A stretch of 64,000 nucleotides of DNA from Bacillota bacterium (GTDB taxonomy: Bacteria; Bacillota_I; Bacilli_A; RFN20; CAG-288). The stretch lies in NCBI GenBank assembly GCA_036830315.1, contig DAISOU010000001.1, positions 14,437 to 78,436 on the forward strand, in the 5' to 3' direction. The notes under the pieces are model-generated. The model saw only the letters and a program-made list of their open reading frames with translations. It had not been told where the DNA came from and ran no database searches. Each line of letters opens with the position of its first letter. Position 1 is the first letter of the stretch. Position numbers and translations under genes: made by a program. Below are positions 59,651 to 64,000 of this stretch, piece by piece.

Positions 59651-61492
59651 TCAACTTCTAGTCAAGACGAAATTGTCGAGCTGATAAACGACGCCTTTAT
59701 TGTTTATTCTAAGAATGTTCATCCCCTGATTGAAGGCAATTTCTCCAAAAGCGACGTCTTTGAACTGATCGACAGCGTTGGAAGTCAGTATCTCCACTCC
59801 TTCTTCTTTAATGGTCACATTGTTGAGAGTCATATCAAAGAGATTTACTGAATTTGTCTTAACCAGATTCAGATAGGATAAGGCCATGGTCAGTTTCAAA
59901 CTATAGCTTTCTTTCAGATACACGTATAAGAGAATTGAGGAATAGGAACTGGAATTGGAGATGAATAGACTGTTTGAGGCTTTACGGCTATAGTTTCTGA
60001 CCTCGTCTCCTAAAAGGATCAAGTCTTCTCCTTCCATCTTCAAAGTGGTGGTGGCTTCATCGATTCTGGTATTGAACAAAGTAAGACAATCCAAATCATA
60101 ATTGCCAGTGACAGAGATTACCTTCAAAGAGTGCTTTCCTTCCTGGATGACTATATTATTGACTAAGACATCGAAGAAATTGTAATAATCTGTCGGAACC
60201 AGGTTATAAGCTAAAGGAATTAAATCTTCGTCGTCCAGAGTAAATCTGATGACGTGAGAAATATCAAGCTCTTCTCCGACATAGGATAACCTGATAGCCA
60301 AACGTGAATAACAGGCTTCCAGAGTATGGAGAGTGAAGTCGACATAGGTACTTGGCCCGTTAAAGCCGACAATATCATGATTCGGGCCTGAGATCAAACA
60401 GCCGTTGACTAAGATAGCATCCTCGGCTTCAAACCTCTGATTGGAGATAACCGATGAGAGGTTGATGTCGCTGTTGAGAGTAATAGAATCCAAATAGAAG
60501 AATCCGCCCAGGTTTTTGAGAGTAATAGTGTTGCTTCCCTTGATCAAATTAATATACCCAAAGTCAAGACTGCTATAAGAATCCGTCATCGAGGAAAAAG
60601 GCTGATTGTTTATCTTCACATCATTGACAGTGATTTCAACACCCGGCGTATTACTGGATTCGCTCTTTTTCCGGGCTTGGATAGCTAATGAGCTTGTCGT
60701 TTTCTCATCGCTTGAGAAATAAAAGGAAATAGAATCATCCGGGCTTGTAAAGAAGACAGAGTATTTTGTCGAGGCCTTGTCATCAGTGACAATGACAGCA
60801 CCTTGGATATTCTGCTGTCTTTCAGCTTCAAAGACTTGTTTTTTCTCTCGGCTCTTAAAATCACCGCTTTGATAGCCGATCGATGTTTCCTTGGTTGTTT
60901 TTTCCTTTGAGGAAACCAATAAAAGATAATCGATAGAATAAGTGTTAGATAAGGCTGTTATCTTGATTTCGTTTTTTCCGGCACTGAGATTGACCAAAGC
61001 CAGAGTATTCTCCATGAAATCATATTCATCAAAGGAGGGATTGATTTTCAAAGGAAGTTTCACTTCGTTTGAATTCACGTTCAAAGTCATCAAGTTTGAA
61101 GCGGCAATCGCCTTTCCAGTCTGAGAAACATATGATGTCGCAACCACTAGTTTCGCTTCCATAGAATAGGAAACTGACACTTCCAAAGTCAGGGAGGAAC
61201 CGGTAAATAATTCGGTGACCACCTCTTGGTTAGAAGCGTGTATATTGTCCTTCACTTCCGCCGAGCCTGAGAGTTTTGCCGATTCGGCCTCATAAATCTG
61301 ACCCCCAGAGTCTTCTTTGAAAATCTTGGTGTCGCTGCGGTCAATGTATTCGTGATAGGAATAAGTCGGATAATCAGCCAGTGACATCTTCTGCATTATT
61401 GAAACACCGACAATAGAAAGGCAGATTGCAAAAGCGATGATGGTTCCGATGATAGAGAAGATAATATAAAACCGCGATGATTTCTTTTTCAT
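59651..61492 (-). CDS. Membrane-anchored protein with four CBM6/CBM35-like modules
   Basis: N-terminal TM; repeats start YEAESAKL, FEAERQQ, FEAEDAIL, MEGEDLIL and end ..IDYL / ..LDSI / ..LDCL / ..LDNF; no catalytic domain seen. Confidence 0.7.
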   Translation of the reverse strand: MKKKSSRFYIIFSIIGTIIAFAICLSIVGVSIMQKMSLADYPTYSYHEYIDRSDTKIFKEDSGGQIYEAESAKLSGSAEVKDNIHASNQEVVTELFTGSSLTLEVSVSYSMEAKLVVATSYVSQTGKAIAASNLMTLNVNSNEVKLPLKINPSFDEYDFMENTLALVNLSAGKNEIKITALSNTYSIDYLLLVSSKEKTTKETSIGYQSGDFKSREKKQVFEAERQQNIQGAVIVTDDKASTKYSVFFTSPDDSISFYFSSDEKTTSSLAIQARKKSESSNTPGVEITVNDVKINNQPFSSMTDSYSSLDFGYINLIKGSNTITLKNLGGFFYLDSITLNSDINLSSVISNQRFEAEDAILVNGCLISGPNHDIVGFNGPSTYVDFTLHTLEACYSRLAIRLSYVGEELDISHVIRFTLDDEDLIPLAYNLVPTDYYNFFDVLVNNIVIQEGKHSLKVISVTGNYDLDCLTLFNTRIDEATTTLKMEGEDLILLGDEVRNYSRKASNSLFISNSSSYSSILLYVYLKESYSLKLTMALSYLNLVKTNSVNLFDMTLNNVTIKEEGVEILTSNAVDQFKDVAFGEIAFNQGMNILRINNKGVVYQLDNFVLTRS

Positions 61493-62805
61493 TTGTTTTT
61501 GCCTCTGCTAATTGGAATAACACAGTCAACCTGAAACATTTTATCCGCTAGGAAAAGATATATGGTCCCCTTGTATTTATCAACGATCTTCCCCATAGAC
61601 CTAGTTCCAAAGCCATGGTTTTCCTTATCGGCCTTGTCAGTCTTGAGAAAATCGGAGGAATTGCTGTTTTCTTCCGCAAAGAAATTTTCACAGTGAATGA
61701 AGACCTTATTGTCGATGGCCTTGATTGTCAAAGATATAAAACGTTTAGTCGGATCAGTTATCTTGCTTTCATAATCAAGGGCATTGTCAAGCATATTGCC
61801 AAAGAGAGAATAGATATCCTGAGTATCCATAAAGTCGATGGCTTTTCCATCTGTCATACAGGTCAGGACAATCTTGTTTTTCTGACAGCGAAGAGATACG
61901 GAGGAGAGAATGACATCCAGAACTTCGTTTCCAGTTTGAACAATGGACTGATAGATATCGGCTGATTCCTCTAACTGATTGACGATTTTTTCATTCACAA
62001 TGCCAGTTGTCTTGATATCTTCAATCTGATGTTTCAAATCATGAACTTTGATGTTGATCATTTCCATGTTCTCTTTCTGAATCTCATAGTGCTTTCGGTC
62101 TTCTACCCAGATTTGTTTGATAACGGCTATTTCATCTTCTGACTCACCCTGATTCAATAAGGAATAGCAAATCAGGAACATCATCAGTCCATAGAAGACC
62201 TCGCAGATTATAAGCATCATGATATAGGAGGTTGTCGTCGCCTGGATATAAATTTCTATGGCTTCCATCGCTAGTGAGACAACTGAGAAGAAGATACTGA
62301 AGAATAGCAGGTCTTTTAGACCAATCTTATCGATTTTTTCCTGATATCGGGAAATAAAGAATCTCTGAGTGAAGGCTATGACAATGCAAAAGGACAACAA
62401 TTCGATCAGCAGATTGTAATATTCGTTAATGGTTGAAAAAGCATTGTTCAGGGAAATGACGATCAAAGATCCTATCTGTCTGGCCAGGAAGTGAGTCAAA
62501 CCCAAAGCACTTTCCGAAAAACAGGCATAGGCAATACTTGTCTCGTATAAGCTGACTATGGCAGCTGAATCCAGAATATAGAAAAGAAAGACAGTAACTA
62601 AAAGCCAATATGATTGCTGGTTTTCAGGAGCAAAAGAATAAAAATAAGGTAAGAGGAGAACGATTAAAAGACTCAAGGCAAAAAACAAAAAAGCCTTTAA
62701 GAGAAACAGTTTCCTTTTCTTTAATTCCTTTGCAGACAAAAAGAAGGAAATTAAAAACTCCACAAAGAACAATGATGAGTAGGCGACTAAATATAGATAG
62801 TTCAA
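61489..62805 (-). CDS. AgrC-like membrane sensor histidine kinase (GHKL domain)
   Basis: About seven TM segments; KVHDLKHQI H-box, LFGNMLDNA N-box, HGFGTRSM. Confidence 0.88.
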   Translation of the reverse strand: MNYLYLVAYSSLFFVEFLISFFLSAKELKKRKLFLLKAFLFFALSLLIVLLLPYFYSFAPENQQSYWLLVTVFLFYILDSAAIVSLYETSIAYACFSESALGLTHFLARQIGSLIVISLNNAFSTINEYYNLLIELLSFCIVIAFTQRFFISRYQEKIDKIGLKDLLFFSIFFSVVSLAMEAIEIYIQATTTSYIMMLIICEVFYGLMMFLICYSLLNQGESEDEIAVIKQIWVEDRKHYEIQKENMEMINIKVHDLKHQIEDIKTTGIVNEKIVNQLEESADIYQSIVQTGNEVLDVILSSVSLRCQKNKIVLTCMTDGKAIDFMDTQDIYSLFGNMLDNALDYESKITDPTKRFISLTIKAIDNKVFIHCENFFAEENSNSSDFLKTDKADKENHGFGTRSMGKIVDKYKGTIYLFLADKMFQVDCVIPISRGKNK

Positions 62806-63515
62806 GACAGAGACACTTTCTTTTCGTTCAGCTTGTTCAGGACATCTTTCTTTTTGTTACGGGAAAAAGAAATTGGAATCTTCCTGTTAGTCAGATAAGC
62901 TTTGTCTTTGTCAATCGATGTCACTTTCTGAATATTGATAATAACGGAATTGCTGCAACGGGAAAACATATCATCGGGAAGGGACGCTTTCGCGTTAGCC
63001 AAAGTTCCCCAGACTTCTACTTCTTCCTCATTATCGAGATAATAAATCAATAAGTGGTCTTTGATTTCGACATAGAGAATTGAAGACAAGGAAACTTTTT
63101 TAGCTCCGCCGGTGGTCTTGAGAATGATTTCCTGATCTTTGTTTGATCCGACTATCTTCATTGTTTTGATCATCAAAGATTCAAAACGTGCATATTGAAT
63201 AGGTTTCAAAACATAGTCGATAGCATCGACTTGGTAGCCTTGAATCGCATACTGAACCAAGTTGGTAATAAAGATCAAAGGGACATTGCGGTCTTTTTCA
63301 CGTAATTTTTTAGCTACTTCCATACCATTCATATGAGGCATCTCAATATCCATGAAAATCAAATCAAAGTTCTTGCTTTCGTCTAAAAAAGAAAGACCTT
63401 CCTTATAGTGGGTGATGCTGAAAAGAAAATTATTATCCTCTCCAAATTTTAAAAGAAAGCCCTTAAGCGTTTCAAAAGCTTCGTCCTCGTCTTCGACAAT
63501 TGCAGTTTTAATCAT
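62802..63515 (-). CDS. LytTR-family (AgrA-like) response regulator
   Basis: IVEDE, FMDIEM, IDYVLKP receiver; ILYVE...H, FSRCSNSVIIN LytTR domain. Confidence 0.92.
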   Translation of the reverse strand: MIKTAIVEDEDEAFETLKGFLLKFGEDNNFLFSITHYKEGLSFLDESKNFDLIFMDIEMPHMNGMEVAKKLREKDRNVPLIFITNLVQYAIQGYQVDAIDYVLKPIQYARFESLMIKTMKIVGSNKDQEIILKTTGGAKKVSLSSILYVEIKDHLLIYYLDNEEEVEVWGTLANAKASLPDDMFSRCSNSVIINIQKVTSIDKDKAYLTNRKIPISFSRNKKKDVLNKLNEKKVSLS

Positions 63516-63556
63516 AATGAAAAGTCAGCACTCTCTTTCCTAATTTTACCAAGGGA

Positions 63557-63565
63557 ATTATAACA
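63557..63565 (-). promoter_or_regulatory. Extended -10 promoter of the LytTR-kinase-CBM operon
   Basis: TGtTATAAT on the minus strand about 40 nt upstream of the start codon. Confidence 0.55.
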
Positions 63566-63648
63566 CAAATAGTTTTCCTGATTTTTTGCAAACTGATCAA
63601 TATTGGAAAAGAACAAGCATAGTGTTAATGAAGTACACTGCTGTTTCC

Positions 63649-64000
63649 TTATTCGATCTTATTGTCCTTCAGTTTTTCGATATCATCCTTGACAAGTCTG
63701 AAAATAATCCATTCATCCATACTTTTGGCATTCATCGATTTATAGAACTTTATCGATGGGGCATTCCAATTCAAACAGACCCACTCCATCCTTTCACATC
63801 CGTTATCAAGAGCAATCTGAGCTAAGAAACTGAAGGCTTTTCTACCTAAACCCAGATGTCGGTATTCAGGGAGAATATAGATATCTTCTACATATAAACC
63901 TCGGTGTCCTTTAAAGGTTGAGAAATTATAAAAATAAACTATATATCCGACTTTCTTTGAATCTAGTTTAATGAAGTAGACATAAGCCGCTTCTTTTTTG
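63649..64000 (-). CDS. GNAT diamine/spermidine N-acetyltransferase-like protein (5' end cut by window edge; absent from ORF track)
   Basis: Hand translation ...YFYNFSTFKGHRGLYVEDIYILPEYRHLGLGRK...MEWVCLNWNAPSIKFY...KIE*. Confidence 0.88.
   Translation of the reverse strand, partial: KKEAAYVYFIKLDSKKVGYIVYFYNFSTFKGHRGLYVEDIYILPEYRHLGLGRKAFSFLAQIALDNGCERMEWVCLNWNAPSIKFYKSMNAKSMDEWIIFRLVKDDIEKLKDNKIE

Noticed and set aside
63456-63465. Third GAAAGCCCTT copy inside the LytTR gene
   Set aside because: Only 10 of 11 bases, opposite orientation, inside a coding region and explained by codons; not counted as an operator
63586-63825. 79-aa plus-strand ORF at the window end
   Set aside because: Antisense shadow of the partial GNAT acetyltransferase on the minus strand

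Overview
Chromosomal window from a low-GC Bacillota genome (Bacilli). The Bacillus-type S10-spc-alpha gene order, missing rpmD and many Ser-rich lipoproteins suggest an uncultured gut/rumen lineage near Erysipelotrichales/Mollicutes (inference); it uses standard genetic code 11. Layout: (1) 35-7370, a four-gene operon with a YwaF-family membrane domain fused to an ABC ATPase, a permease and two Ig-domain surface proteins; (2) 7.4-13.3 kb, housekeeping and carbohydrate genes (fmt, ybaK, aldo/keto reductase, GH13); (3) 13.4-29.0 kb, the S10-spc-alpha ribosomal superoperon, lacking L30 and with Lys/Ala-rich extensions on many r-proteins; (4) 29-46.9 kb, patatin, SAM-dependent methyltransferase-like protein, GH2, DUF2974 lipase, pstSCAB-phoU-phoPR with a candidate Pho box, ADP-ribosylglycohydrolase, HlyIII, GT4 and GGDEF genes; (5) 45.6-50.1 kb, four dispersed tRNAs; (6) 50.3-63.5 kb, an apparent surface beta-1,3-glucan utilisation locus. 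This locus is the most interesting part. A LytTR regulator, an AgrC-like kinase and a membrane-anchored four-CBM protein are translationally coupled. Downstream lie two parallel modules of the form promoter -> Ig/beta-helix lipoprotein -> hairpin -> glucanase lipoprotein (GH16 in one, GH81 in the other), and both promoters carry the same 11-bp motif at the same distance from the -35 box. Family calls come from motifs recognised by eye; no database searches were run.
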